A stretch of DNA of 64,000 nucleotides. It comes from Octopus sinensis. Taxonomy: Eukaryota. Both the position numbers and the translations under genes were made by a program. Below, piece after piece: positions 13,593 through 25,638 of the stretch. The notes beneath the pieces were generated by a model that saw only the letters and a list, made by a program, of their open reading frames with translations, was not told the DNA's origin and did no database searches. Within the stretch, counting starts at the first letter, position 1. Each line of letters begins with the position of its first letter. The stretch spans positions 113,956,001-114,020,000 of the forward strand of contig NC_043002.1 in assembly GCF_006345805.1 (NCBI RefSeq). Reading direction: 5' to 3'.

Positions 13593-13988
13593 TCTTTATA
13601 TATAAAAAAGAGGTTGTGTGCTGTCTGTCTCCTACGATTTAGATTCCTAACTACTCCCACATTTTGCGGTGCAGTTTAACCAAAACCGGGTATCTTATAG
13701 TTGTGATTCATATCGAGCCCTTCTGGGCATTAGCGCGCGTCTACGATGAGTCTACGATTTAAAAAAAAATTTACCATCAATTTTTCCCATTTTTAATGCA
13801 TTTTTTGGCATATATAAGGGAAGTAACTCTCTAAAAATTTATTATTAAATCTCAGAACGTAAAAAGCTACAGTAACCCCATCCTTTGTGGTTAGCCATAT
13901 TGAGATGGCTATTATACTTTACATCTCTAAAAATGCTTATATAGTTATTTCCCTTACAAACCCGAGCAACGCCGAGCAATACTGCTAG
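13593..13988 (+). mobile_element. Non-autonomous Helitron-like element
   Basis: A|TC 5' end, 3' end GAGCAACGCCGAGCAATACTGCTAG|T, no TSD. Same termini as 35358-35760. Confidence 0.7.
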
Positions 13989-14105
13989 TTTATAATACAG
14001 CAATTCTCTTGACAGAGGGTTGCAGGATAAACAACAATCACTGAATACGAAAGCATTCAGTTTGTCCTGTATACTGAAACTGTTCATGGATTAGAATATA
14101 AAATT

Positions 14106-14367
14106 ATATTCTGTTGTGTCTGGGGAGAGTCATTTTCTTTTTGTGCCTTATAATTTAACACACTCACTGGTAAAATTTCCACTTATTTCTTATTTTCTAA
14201 AATTTTCATTGCATCTTGCTACCTTTTCAATAGTCTATTGAAAAGGCTGCAAAACAACGAAAATTTTAGGAAAATAAAAATAAGAAATAAGTGGGAAGTT
14301 TACTGGTGAGTGTGTTACATTATAAGGCACAAAAAGAAAATGACTCTCCCCAGACACAACAGAGTAT
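14106..14367. repeat. Imperfect palindrome (arms about 128-133 bp, 1-nt centre at 14234) of a Penelope-like terminal repeat, with hammerhead motifs
   Basis: CTGTTGTGTCTGGGGAGAGTC... is mirrored by ...GACTCTCCCCAGACACAACAG; centre CCTTTTCAATAG-T-CTATTGAAAAGG. Confidence 0.85.
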
Positions 14368-14447
14368 GCTACAACACACGAACTCACATAAAGAATCTTG
14401 CAAACCAAATCCAAAAATGAAATAAAATTATTCTTTTTTCTTTTATT

Positions 14448-14851
14448 CTTTTACTTGTTTCAGTCATTTGACTGCGGCCATGCTGGAGCACCACCTTTAG
14501 TCAAGTAACTCGACCCCGGGACTTATTCTTTTTGTAAGCCCAGTACTTATTCTATCAGTCTCTTTTGCAGAACCACTAAGTGACAGGGACGTAAACACAC
14601 CAGCATCGGTTGTCAAGCAATGCTAGGGGAATAAACACAGACACACAAACACACACACACATACATATATATATATACATATATACGACAGGCTTCTTTC
14701 AGTTTCCGTCAACCAAATCCACTCACAAGGCTTTGGTCGGCCCGGGGCTATAGCAGAAGACACTTGCCCAAGATGCCACGCAGTGGGATTGAACCCGGAA
14801 CCATGTGGTTGGTTAGCAAGCTGCTTACCACACAGCCACTCCTGCGCCTAT
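14448..14851 (-). mobile_element. Family S SINE, young copy
   Basis: Full reverse-complement copy. Confidence 0.9.
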
Positions 14852-15153
14852 ATATTTATTTGTTTATTGCTCATTCAACATTTTACCTTGAATCTATTAT
14901 AGATTTATATAAATTTGCAAATTTAGCCTATGACTGTTTTACAGCAGTTTGTCTTCTGTGCATAATATTAGATTGGAAATTATATTAGGTAATCTACGAC
15001 AAGCAAAATAAATGATCCATATAGTTTCTTTGTTTTTTTTTTTGAAATTAAAGCAATTTAGCAAATCATGACTAATCAATATGAGTCACAGATGTTACTA
15101 ATATCACAGCAAGTTATGTTAACAATAAAACATGATTGTTATATAGATTTTAC

Positions 15154-15255
15154 TGGCCAGAAGAGTTCCAGCCACAATATCATAGTAGCATAAGAGAACA
15201 TAAAGAAACAAGATACGATGCTTTATTCCAAACATGTCCAACTGTTGCCATAAAG
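15154..15255 (-). CDS. Host gene exon (LWQQLDMFGIKHRILFLYVLLCYYDIVAGTLLA, phase 1 to 1)
   Basis: ttctttatcatcag acceptor, GTAAAA donor; 102 nt, only the phase-1 frame is open. Confidence 0.55.
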
Positions 15256-15756
15256 CTGATGATAAAGAATTAACAATAATTTAATTTAGAGTAGAATTTA
15301 TGAAATATTGTGGTGCTTAAGGCATTATCAAAGCCTTTAATATTCTAATTGAAGTGATTCTAAATGAGAATCTTTACCTACAACATTGCAGCCACTAAAC
15401 TAAATAGTTTGTTATATAGAAATTAAAGCATAGATTTGTGTTTTAAGGAGAAAAAAAAAAGGTGTGCAAAACTGTGCTGTTCAAATTTATCTGTAAAGAG
15501 AGTCGTGATGTAATTGAAATGAGTTCAAATGAGAATCCAAACTAGGATGCAGAATTGCATTGTTAACTTTAGAACCACCATAAAACACTGAACACTAACA
15601 TGTGAGCCTCTTTGTAATCCTTAGGTTTGCTCAAAATAGTAGTCCACTCTTGCTTAAATTTCACACTCTTCCATGTCAAGAGGAAGACACATTAAATAAT
15701 CAAGTTGTAGATAGATGCATTATAGTATTTTACTCTTTACTCTCTTTACTCTTTTA

Positions 15757-16139
15757 CCCGTTTCAGTCATTTGACTGCGGCCATGCTGGAGCACCGCTTT
15801 TAATCGAGCAACTCGACCCCGGGACTTATTCTTTTGTAAGCCCAGTCTCTATCGGTCTCTTTTGCCGAACCGCTAAGTAACGGAGACATAAACACACCAG
15901 CATCGGTTGTCAAGCAATGCTAGGGGGACAAACACAGACACACAAACACGCATATATATATATATACATATATACGACGGGCTTCTTTCAGTTTCCGTCT
16001 ACCAAATCCACTCACAGGCTTTGGTCGGCCTGAGGCTATAGTAGAAGACACTTGCCCAAGGTGCCACGCAGTGGGACTGAACCCGGAACCATGTGGTTGG
16101 TAAACAAGCTACTTACCACACAGCCACACCTGCGCCTAT
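15757..16139 (-). mobile_element. Family S SINE, young copy
   Basis: Full reverse-complement copy. Confidence 0.9.
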
Positions 16140-16439
16140 TTTGTTCACAAAAATCAAAAATAAAGTTTGTTCATTTGGAAAATATGTATTAATTTTTTGC
16201 ATATTAGTCATAATTTACATAATTTCTAATTTTGGCTGCTGCGGAGGAGAATTTCTTTTTTTTTTTTTTTTTGCTAGAGAGAAATAGAAAAAACTTAAAT
16301 GGTTAAAAGTACTGGGACATGGACCCCTCAAGGGAACAAATATTCAGTAATATTGAAAACCTAAATCTGCTTCTGAGAAATAGCAGTGTTACTTGTCCCA
16401 ATAGATGATTTTCCCCTCCACAATATTTAAAGGCCTTTA

Positions 16440-17290
16440 AGTGTTGTTAGTTCTCGCACAAACGGCCAGTTCAGAACTTGCATTTCAGAAGCTCTGTTTT
16501 TAGGTCAGAGCTACTTGATGTTTTCAAAACGGCCAGATGTTTTTTTTTGTTCTGTCCAAAGTACATAAGTATTTTTTGTTGTGGAGGGGAAGTCGTTTGC
16601 AGAAAAGTGTGAAGTGCTAATGCAGTCTGCAGTCTTGACCAGATACTTTGTGTAGATAGAGACTGTCCAAAATGTGGAGTTAGTGAGCTAGTAGACAAAG
16701 TGTTTGCTGATGCTAATGAAGATTCCATAATATCTTATTATCAGTGGGCGACTGGCAAGATAAGCAAGTGAGAAAACTTTTGAAGGAATGCACAATTGCT
16801 GAGGCAAAAAAAAAGATATTGTGGAGCAACTACAGCCATTCAGCAGACATATTTACAACATTAAGTGGTAGTTTGTAGAGCCCAAGTCCCTGAAAGAAAA
16901 CCTGAAAACTGGTGAAGTGATCATTTAAGAAGATTTTTCAGAAAATTTTCAACTGAAGCACCAGAAAGAAGTGATGGTAGCTCACTGGTCCAGTGACGTG
17001 GTCATTCTCTTCACTGCCACGGCTTATTTCAAGGGTGAAGAAGGTGAACTTGAGCATGCATCATATGTAGTTGTTTCTGATGAAATGAAGCACAGAAAGC
17101 ACAGTGCCTATGCTTTCAACACAGCCATTATCAATGAAGCTAAGCAGTTAACCCAGGTCTCCAAAATACATAACAGGAGTGATGGTGCTGGCTCTCAGTT
17201 CAAAAGCAAGTATACCCTGGCAAACTTGTTTTATCATGAGCATGACTTTGGTGCAGAAGCTTCTTGGTCATTTTTTGAGACTGCATATAG
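16440..17290 (+). pseudogene. Disrupted DDD-type DNA transposase, Sola2-like
   Basis: Motifs EDFSENF..Q.EV..AHW, SDGAGSQFKSKY and WSFFETAYRK (degenerate W.FF.T.HGK), with stops and frameshifts upstream. The family assignment is from recalled motifs. Confidence 0.55.
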
Positions 17291-17482
17291 AAAAAAAAAC
17301 TTGAGCTGCCCAAGTCCAGAGCTAACTCCTTGCCTTCATTCTCAGCAGACTGCTAGTTCTTGACCTGCAGCAGAACCTTCTGAGCATGCATTGGCCTGAT
17401 CATGCATTGGTCAGATGCACTGTGACCCATCTTTTCCTCCCATGTGATGTCCTTGGTCGTCATTGACAATGACAGACAAGCA
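17291..17482 (+). mobile_element. RTE (BovB-like) extreme 3' end
   Basis: Degenerate CxxCxRTFRAxIGLxxH C2H2 region followed by tail GTGATGTCCTTGGTCGTCATTGACAATGA. Confidence 0.55.
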
Positions 17483-18222
17483 TTAGTTGGATTACAACAG
17501 TAGACTATGCTGTAATACAACTAGTTATCATTATTGGTGGAATATGGATTTTTGTTGTTCTTGTTCTTGTCAGCCCTAGGGTTACTTAGTAAAAGTACAT
17601 TCAAACTGTGATATTTCTGTCTTTTTTGGGGTTATCTGAATGCATTGTCCAATTGGTTCTTCCTTACATAAGATGAGAGAGTATGGTTTGAGAGACATTT
17701 GGCTGCTATATGTAGCAAGTTAAGCTGACCACAGAGAAGTGTCCTTTGCAACCTCCTACCACTTCCTGTGAGTATTGTGTCTAGCACAAAACTATGCAAT
17801 GTGTCCATCCGTATTTTAAAAATGACTAAGGGTGATTTGAGGGAGATTTGGCTACTTTCCCAATGAGTTGAGCAACCACATAGACCGTCCCTTGTTGACC
17901 TCTTATTGATTTCAGCTAGCATTTTACTTCACTATATTGTTAATGTTCTAGAGTAAATATATGAACTTCACAATACCCCATTTCACTTGTCTGACACAGA
18001 GCTTTGTGTGTATTTAGTCAATAGAAAGTATTATTATGGTAAGGATGGTGAGTTCACGGAAACAGACTGAACATCTTTACAGTGTTTACTTTCATTATTT
18101 GGTGTTCTAAGCTGAAGTCTTTATACTTTATAAGGCAATAAAATATGTGGCAGTAATTTGAGGTCAATTCCATTAATATACTTAAGTTCCTAAAAGTATT
18201 GTATTGTTCTTATTTAAAATGA

Positions 18223-18445
18223 CTGGGAATGAAGGCTAGGAGTTAGCTCTGGACTTGGGCAGCTCAAGTTTTTTTTGTGCTCTTGCAATTCTATTTTGTT
18301 CATAGGAGACTGTTGGTGTAGCTACACCAGACAGGTTGATCCTGTGCTTGCATTTCCCAGGTGTCAGGGTTGATCTGAAAGCACTTTGACGGGGCTTTCA
18401 GTGAATCTTTGAAGAGCTTTTGTTCAACATGTAATACAACTAATG
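18223..18445 (-). mobile_element. RTE ORF2 C-terminal fragment
   Basis: Minus frame KLFKDSLKA...QINPDTWEMQAQDQPVW; overlaps the 17291 fragment by about 55 nt in inverted orientation. Confidence 0.6.
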
Positions 18446-18771
18446 TGGCATAGTTAACCAAGAGTTAAACCACTTAATGTTATGATTAAATTTGAGATAC
18501 TAGCTAGAAGCTACAATACTGTTAATATGTTTGTCAGACATATTACATAATTATCAGTCATTATTAATAAATTATCAAAGTATTACAATGTATTTCTTTT
18601 TCTTTTTTATTTCCAAATTCAAATACCACAATGATAAATTGTATTGAGCTTAATTCAATTGGTTTTACTAGTCCTAATATTAAAAATTACTCTTGTGGTA
18701 AGAAATAATTAATATAACAAATAATTAAGTACATAACTAGATTTTTTTTTTTCATTTATATATGTATATAT

Positions 18772-19075
18772 AGGTGCAGGCATGACTATGATGTTAAGAA
18801 GCACCTTGAGTGTTTTCTACTGTAGCGTTGAGTCAACCAGTGCCTTGTGAATCAATTTGGTAGATGGGGAGTGTGTGGAAGTCCATCTTAAGTGTGTGAA
18901 TGTGTTTCGTCCCTTCACCCCAATGCTTGATAACCAATGTTGGTTTATTGACATCCTGAAAATTTAACAGTTCGGCAAAAAAGACCAATAAAATAAGTAC
19001 TGGGGTCAATTTGTTCAACTAAACCCTTCAAGGCAGTACTCTAGCATGGCCGCAGTCCAATGACTAAAACAAGAC
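18772..19075 (+). mobile_element. Family S SINE, degenerate
   Basis: Head, internally deleted body and tail recognisable. Confidence 0.7.
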
Positions 19076-19257
19076 ACACACGCTAGCATGCACGCACACA
19101 CATATCCCTTCTAGGGTCTTGATATTTTTCATTCCTCCAGGATTCACAAAGTAAGCATCAGGAAGCTACTTTGATCAGTAGTTCCTAAATGGTAGACTAG
19201 TGTACTGTAGATGGCTTAAACCCACACTAATGCTTGAATAATTTGAAATATGCATTC

Positions 19258-19905
19258 TTTTATCTTTGCTTGTTTCACTCATTGGACTGTAGCCATGCTG
19301 GGCAAGCCTTGAAGGGATTAAGTTGAACAAATCAATCCCAGTACTTATATTTAAGCTTGTACTTATTCTATCAGTCTCGTTTTGTTGCTAAGTTATGGGG
19401 ATGTAAGCATACAAACACTAATTAAATGGTGATGGGGAACAAATACATGCATGCAGAGTTGAACTAGGGGACAGCTGATGAAGGGGACTTTTCCTTGTGT
19501 AGTTGTCTTGTACTCTGCTTTTTCGTTGTTAAAAAAATGGTCCGTTCCATGCTGTTTTTACGTTTTCGTTTCTCGTTGAGTTCTCCGTCTATTTGTGGTG
19601 TCCTGTACACACGTATATATATTTATATATGCATGTATATATACATGTAGATGTAGGTACGTACATATATATTTGTATGTATGCATATATTTTATTTATT
19701 ACACTATTGTATGACTGAGCGCCCTCGCGTCGATTCGACTCGATTCGTTTGGTTTCATTTCTTCTTCTTCTCTAAGCTAGTTTTTATATATATATACATA
19801 TATATATATGATGGGCTTCTTCAAGTTTCCATTACCAAATCCACTCACAAGGTTTTGGTTGGCCCAAGGCTACAGCAGTTTCCACACAATGGGACTGACC
19901 CAGAG
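19258..19905 (-). mobile_element. Family S SINE interrupted by an unrelated repeat of about 330 bp (19450-19790)
   Basis: SINE tail half at 19258-19445 and head-side half at 19810-19905, with an insert in the microsatellite. Confidence 0.65.
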
Positions 19906-20355
19906 AACACGTCACTGAAAGCAAAACTAGCAATACTTTTGATCCTTATTTTAAATACATTCTAACTTTAAGAATAGGCTTGGCTTTTGTTATAAACTTT
20001 CCAAAGAAAAGTGCATCAGTAATTTTTTATTTGATCTCAAACATTGTCAAATTGGTTGTAAAAGAATGGTCCATTGACAGAATGGTACAGTGTTCTCACA
20101 ACACACAAATATACTATTACTTTATGTATGTTTATTTGTATATATGTCCACGCTTATATATATATTAGTATTGTTACTAGCATAGTAACATCACTGCCTT
20201 TGAATTTCTTTATATATTCATGGCAGTTATGTTTAATTGCCTACAGGCATTCCTTGGTTTGTAAAGTTAACATCAGATTTCTGATAGAATATGAAGAAAT
20301 TATTACAAGTCTGGCCATTTTTCTAAGTCCATAATCTTCTTAAGAATGTGCGTAC

Positions 20356-20422
20356 CTTCTATAAAGATTATTTTATGCAGTTCTCTATTTGAAGAAGGTC
20401 TTAATAGGATAGTTATTGTGAC
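20356..20422 (-). CDS. Host gene exon (VTITILLRPSSNRELHKIIFIE-A, phase 0 to 1)
   Basis: GAAG|GTACGC donor; frame open back to a TAG acceptor. That acceptor is purine-rich, so the 5' boundary is uncertain. Confidence 0.45.
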
Positions 20423-20496
20423 CTATTTTCCCTCTATTCATTCACACTAGGACTGCTACGACTAAGAGGACCACTGTTATGTATACCTTTATTCCT

Positions 20497-22941
20497 TATT
20501 TTACTTGTTTCAGTTGACTGTGGCCATGCTGGAGCACTGCCATAAAGGGTTTTTTACTCAAAGAAATCAACTCCAGGAATTATTCTTTGCAAGCCTAATA
20601 TTTATTCTATTGGTCTCTTTTGCTGAACTGCTAAGTTATGGGGATGTAAACACACCAATATTGGTTGTCAAGCAATGGTGAGGGGACAAACACAGACACG
20701 AAGACATACACGCATAAATATATTACTTTTTCAAATTTATTAATAAAGTTAACCGAGTATTCAATATATATATTTTCTTCTTCATTTTCTCTTATTATTA
20801 TATATATTATATGAGGCCAGAAGGATACCAAGAAGCAGACCAATCCAGAAAAGAAAGATTTGGAAGCTAAAGAACCCTTCACATGGTCAGAGATTAGGGA
20901 CATCCTCACCAAGAAATTTGATGAGAGGGAAGAAGAGCTATAGACGTCAGACATAGAAGGTAGCTGAAAATTCCTATGGGACAGCTTGCTGAGTGCTACA
21001 GACCAAGTCAGTGGATGGTGCAAAGTCCCTTCCAGACCTAGAGTTACCTGGTGGTGGAATAGTACAGTAGACAAATCCATTAGAGCAAAGAAACAGGCCT
21101 GGAAAGCCTGGAGGGATGGGGGTAGCAGGGAACCGTACCAGGTAGCCAAAAGGGAGGCTGGGCGGCAGGTATACATAGTTAAGGGTGAAGCAGAAAAGAA
21201 GAAGTTTGCTAATGTCCAGCAACATGAGGACCAATGAATTGAGGTATTTTGGATTGCAAGACAGTGTGTGAGAGAAAATAGTGATGTCACAGGAGAGAAA
21301 TGCGTCTGCATGGATGATGGTGCACTTGCTTTCAATGTTTCTGAAAAGAAAGAGGCTTGGAGAAGCCATTCTGAGAGACTGCTGAATGTGGAGAATGAAT
21401 GGGAGGAGGAGAGCCTGCCAAATGTTGAACCAGTAGAGCTCCCTAGTAGATAAAGCAATTAAGGGTATGAAACCAGGAAAAGCCCCCGGCCCATCAGGGA
21501 TCACTGCTGAGATGCTTAAAACATCTGGTGGTGTGGGCTATGGCCTAGTCACCCAACCAGGTAGTTCATAATGGAGTCATACCCAATGACTGGCGTAGCA
21601 GCACCATAGTCAACTGCTACAAGGGTAAAGGTGATGCTCTAGATAGAAATAACTACAGGGGTATTAAATTGTTGGATCAGGTGATGAAGGTCACAGAGAG
21701 GGTAATAAGCCCATCTCATTAGGGAGAGAATCTGCTTAGATGAGATGCAGTTCGGTTTTGTGCCAGATAGAAGCACAACCGATGCTATATTCCTGGTTCG
21801 ACAACTGCAGGAGAAGTACCTAGCTAAAGATAAACCCCTCTACATAGCTTTCATGGACTTGGAGAAAGCCTTTGACAGGGTCCCCCGATCCCTTATCTGG
21901 TGGGCAATGTGGAAACTGGAGATTGATGAATGGTTAATAAGGGCTGTACAGGCCCTATACAGAGAGGCCATCAGCAAGGTTAGGATTGGCAATGAGTATA
22001 GTGAAGAATTCCGGGTAGAAGTAGGGGTCCACCAAAGTTCAGCCCTCAGTCCCCTTTTATTCATCATAGTCCTCCAGGCAATAACAGAGGACTTCAAGAC
22101 GAGTTGCCCCTGGGAGCTCCTCTATGCTGATGACCTGGCCCTCATAGCAGAATCACTACCGGAACTAGAAAAGAAATTTTGGGTGTGGAAGCTAGGTTTA
22201 GAATCAAAGGGCCTTAGAGTAAATGTAGCAAAGACCAAAGTTCTAGTAAGTAGGAAGGCAAACACACCACACACCTCTTCGGGTAAGTGGCCCTGCTCGA
22301 TCTGTAGAAAAGGTGTAGGTAGAAACTCCATAAGATGTACCCAGTGTAAGCTATGGACACATAAGAGGTGCAGCAACATCAAAGGAAAATTAACCGAGAA
22401 GATAGCTTTCGTGTGCAACAGATGCACAGGGGCAATAGACACCATTGATACTCAGAAAACAGATTCCATTACACTCCTGGGGGAGAAACTAGAAGTAGTT
22501 GATAGTTTCCACTACCTAGGTGACCAAGTTAGCACGTAATATGCACCATCCGTACGTGGTTGATGCCAGCGCTGCCTTGACTGGCTTCCGTGCCTGTGGC
22601 ACATAAAAAGCACCCACTATACTCATGAAGTAGTTGGCATTAAGAAGGGCATCCAGCTGTAGAAACAGTGCTAGATCAGACTGGAGCCTGGTGCAGCCTC
22701 CTGACTTCCCAGACCCCGGTCGAACCGTCCAGCCCATGCTAGCATGGAAAACGGACATTAAACGATGATGATTATATATAAAAGACAGGCTTCTTTCAGT
22801 TTCTATCCACCAAATCCATTTACAATGTTTTGGCCTGAAACTATAGTAGAAGACACTTGCCCAAGGTGCCATGCAGTTGGACTGAAACCAGAACCATGTG
22901 AATGGGAAGCAAGCTTCTTACCACACAGCCACACCTGCATC
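20497..22941 (-). mobile_element. Family S SINE split by the RTE insertion
   Basis: Tail half at 20497-20730 and head half at 22781-22941. Confidence 0.75.
20811..22772 (+). mobile_element. 5'-truncated, internally deleted RTE-clade LINE (RT with PHD finger)
   Basis: ORF 21745-22539 has QFGF, DLEKAFD, GVHQSSALSP and YADD RT motifs. Upstream linker frames carry stops (WWN, KQAWKAW). The sequence jumps to the 3' UTR at about 22536 and ends AAACGATGATG. Confidence 0.92.
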
Positions 22942-23180
22942 TTTTTGTATTCAGGTAATTTTAGTCTCTTTCTCAAATTGATATATGTTTTCAATGGAAC
23001 ATATATTAATCTCATAATCCTTCATGACTATGTGAAACTGGAATCAATAAGTACCAAACATACACAGGAGTTGACTTAGCTAACTATATATACTTTTCTG
23101 TAAAAATGTGTGGCTTTTCACTAAGATTATAACTCATTATTACACTCGTCTTTAATGTGATGTGTATAGTTGAGACATAC

Positions 23181-23264
23181 TACTGGTTTAGAGTATTGCA
23201 GTATTTCATTTCTTCCAAATACAGACTCTGTTGCATCAACTTCAAGTCTTTCAGCCTGATAGTG
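23181..23264 (-). CDS. Host gene exon (HYQAERLEVDATESVFGRNEILQYSKPV, phase 0 to 0)
   Basis: cttatttatcag acceptor, GTATGT donor; 84 nt open. An alternative in-frame acceptor lies 9 nt downstream. Confidence 0.65.
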
Positions 23265-24567
23265 CTGATAAATAAGTGGCTGGTTATTTAGTAATAAAGT
23301 AAGTACCAATTATATAATTAAAATATCAAAGACACGGAAACCCCAAAGCTACAAACTTCATAATACAATACCAACTATTTCAGAATACAAATAATTGAAA
23401 CTGTTTTTTAAACTGAACAACTGATACGTATAACTTATAATTAGGGAAACTGGAAAAAGTTAGTGCAAATATTATTCACTTGAAGAAAGTGCCAAAACAT
23501 CTAGATTCTAATTACAATACTAATGGAATAATAAATAAGAAATCAAAGAAAATACTTTAACATGCAAACAGAGACTTCTTCAACAGAAAAACAAAACTAA
23601 AAATCAATAAAGCTGTCCTAAGATTATTCATTTGAAATTGTCTTCTTTCTAAATAAATTACTATATAGGAATTACTATATAGGAAAAGACACATTAATTA
23701 TATCCAGACATTCTGTGAACAGATATCATAACTCTCTAGTTCTTAACATTTCTGTTATATCTTCTCCTAAGGCTATAAAAAAGATTTTATTTCTTTCTGT
23801 ATATAATACAATTTTTGACAGGGAATGAAAAGCTAATGCACTGTGTTGATTACTAATGGCTCACAATGCACACATTTCATTGTGTTTCTGAGCAGAAAGT
23901 TTAATTCTACATTGCTTCAGTTCACCAAACAATCAGCAACAAATACTAGAATTTTTTCAACCAAGTTATAATAAACTAACAAAAGACAAAAGTAGTTTGC
24001 TCTGTCATTCAGAGAAACCAGAATTGAGAGCTAGTCCTTGAATGTATGCAATCCTTTGAAGAATTACCATATTTTCGGGCATACAAGACAGCATAGTATA
24101 TAGCATAAATATGTAGTGTAAACATCATCGCTATCTTTCCAGATCCAGCAGTATTTCACATGGAATTTTTGGTCCTTCAAAAAGGACTCGGAACTGGTAT
24201 GGACCGGAAGAATCTGACTATCTATTTGGAGGTCACTGGGATTCAGTCAACGAAAAAAGAAGAATTTCCAATGAACCTGAGATGGGGGGGGGGGGTTATC
24301 CCCCACTTTTTTTTCCAAACAAAAATAAGAGGTTTGCAGCATATTAGGAGGTCAGGGTACTTGATTCCATGCAAAAAATCTGAGTGGTTTTTTTTTTTTT
24401 CTTAGTGAAAATCGTGCAGGTGAAAGGATCGAATAATACTGAATTAATTGTAATATAAAAACAGACGTTCAAAAATTTCAATGAACTCAAAGTTTGATGC
24501 AAAGCCCCAGTTTCTTGGATGACATGTCAGGATGCAGACACAGCTGTGTAGTTAAGACACTCACTTC

Positions 24568-24609
<42 letters not shown>

Positions 24610-24612
<3 letters not shown>

Positions 24613-24722
24613 CTGCCAGCTTAGCCAGTGGGGTGGCGTCATTTGAAGGCTAAAACAATGCGAAGTGCATTGTGACCAGCGATGTGTAGCAACATCTGAT
24701 AGCCTGGTTGGTCACGGTGATA
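24610..24722 (+). repeat. Short interspersed repeat fragment inserted in a (TA)n run
   Basis: About 113 bp of GC-richer sequence with an internal GTGACCA...TGGTCAC stem, flanked by TA repeats. Origin not established. Confidence 0.45.
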
Positions 24723-24744
24723 CATATACATATATATATATACT

Positions 24745-25138
24745 CTTTTACTTGTTTCAGTCATTTGACTGCGGCCATGCTGGAGCGCCGCCTTTAATCA
24801 AGCAACTCGACCCCGGAACTTATTCTTTGTAAGCCCAGTACTTATTCTATCGGTCTCTTTTGCCGAACCACTAAGTAACGGGGACATAAACTCACCAACA
24901 TCGGTTGTCAAGCAATGCTAGGGGGACAAACACAGACACACAAACACACACATACATATATATATATATACATATATACGACAGGCTTCTTTCAGTTTCT
25001 GTCTACCAAATCCACTCACAAGGCATTGGTCAGCCCGGGGCTATAGCAGAAGACACTTGCCCAAGGTACCACGCAGTGGGACTGAACCCGGGACCATGTG
25101 GTTGGTTAGCAAGTTACTTACCACACAGCCACTCCTAT
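24745..25138 (-). mobile_element. Family S SINE
   Basis: Full reverse-complement copy. Confidence 0.9.
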
Positions 25139-25638
25139 GTGTACAAAGGTTTGTGCATCAGCTCATGTGTACTACAAGTGTATTCCTTGGTTCCCTCATC
25201 ATTTAGAAATTCAAAAATAAATTTTCTGTTAGTATAATAATGAACAAAATCCTTTTGTTCTTAGGCTTGTAGGAGATAGATTTCTTTGAAATATTTTCAT
25301 GTACAAGAGCTTATGTCTAAGACTACATAGAAGGAGGGCATTTATTATGATATTGCTAGTTTACTCTAAAAACAAAGAATACACACAGACAAACAGAACT
25401 TGAATTTTAGTGTTATATATATAATAGGTATGATTCTACGAAGAACATGCAAATTTGTTTCAAGTAGTCTTTTAAATAGGGCAGACATTAACTTCTAAAT
25501 ATAGATTATCAGTAAGCACCTTTGCACACTTGTTTTATCGCATTAAAGCAAATTATTAACTCATAGTTAAAAATCCAAGTGGTTATAGTAGTAAGAACAT
25601 TAGTGCGCCATGTAGATCATAGGTTGACAGACAGAGTA

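Noticed and set aside
19456-19510. Hammerhead-like GACAG-CTGATGA-AGG start
   Set aside because: No GAAA or helix III/I closure follows, so no complete fold can be drawn.
20245-20280. Alternative minus-strand exon KSDVNFTNQGMP
   Set aside because: Strong acceptor but weak GTAGGC donor, and its phase 0 end does not join the phase-1 exon at 15255.
20631-22445. Minus-strand ORFs of 275, 176, 85 and 107 aa
   Set aside because: Antisense shadows of the RTE ORF2.
24148-24440. Possible DNA transposon with CAGTATT...AATACTG ends
   Set aside because: Only a 7-bp inverted match and no target duplication.
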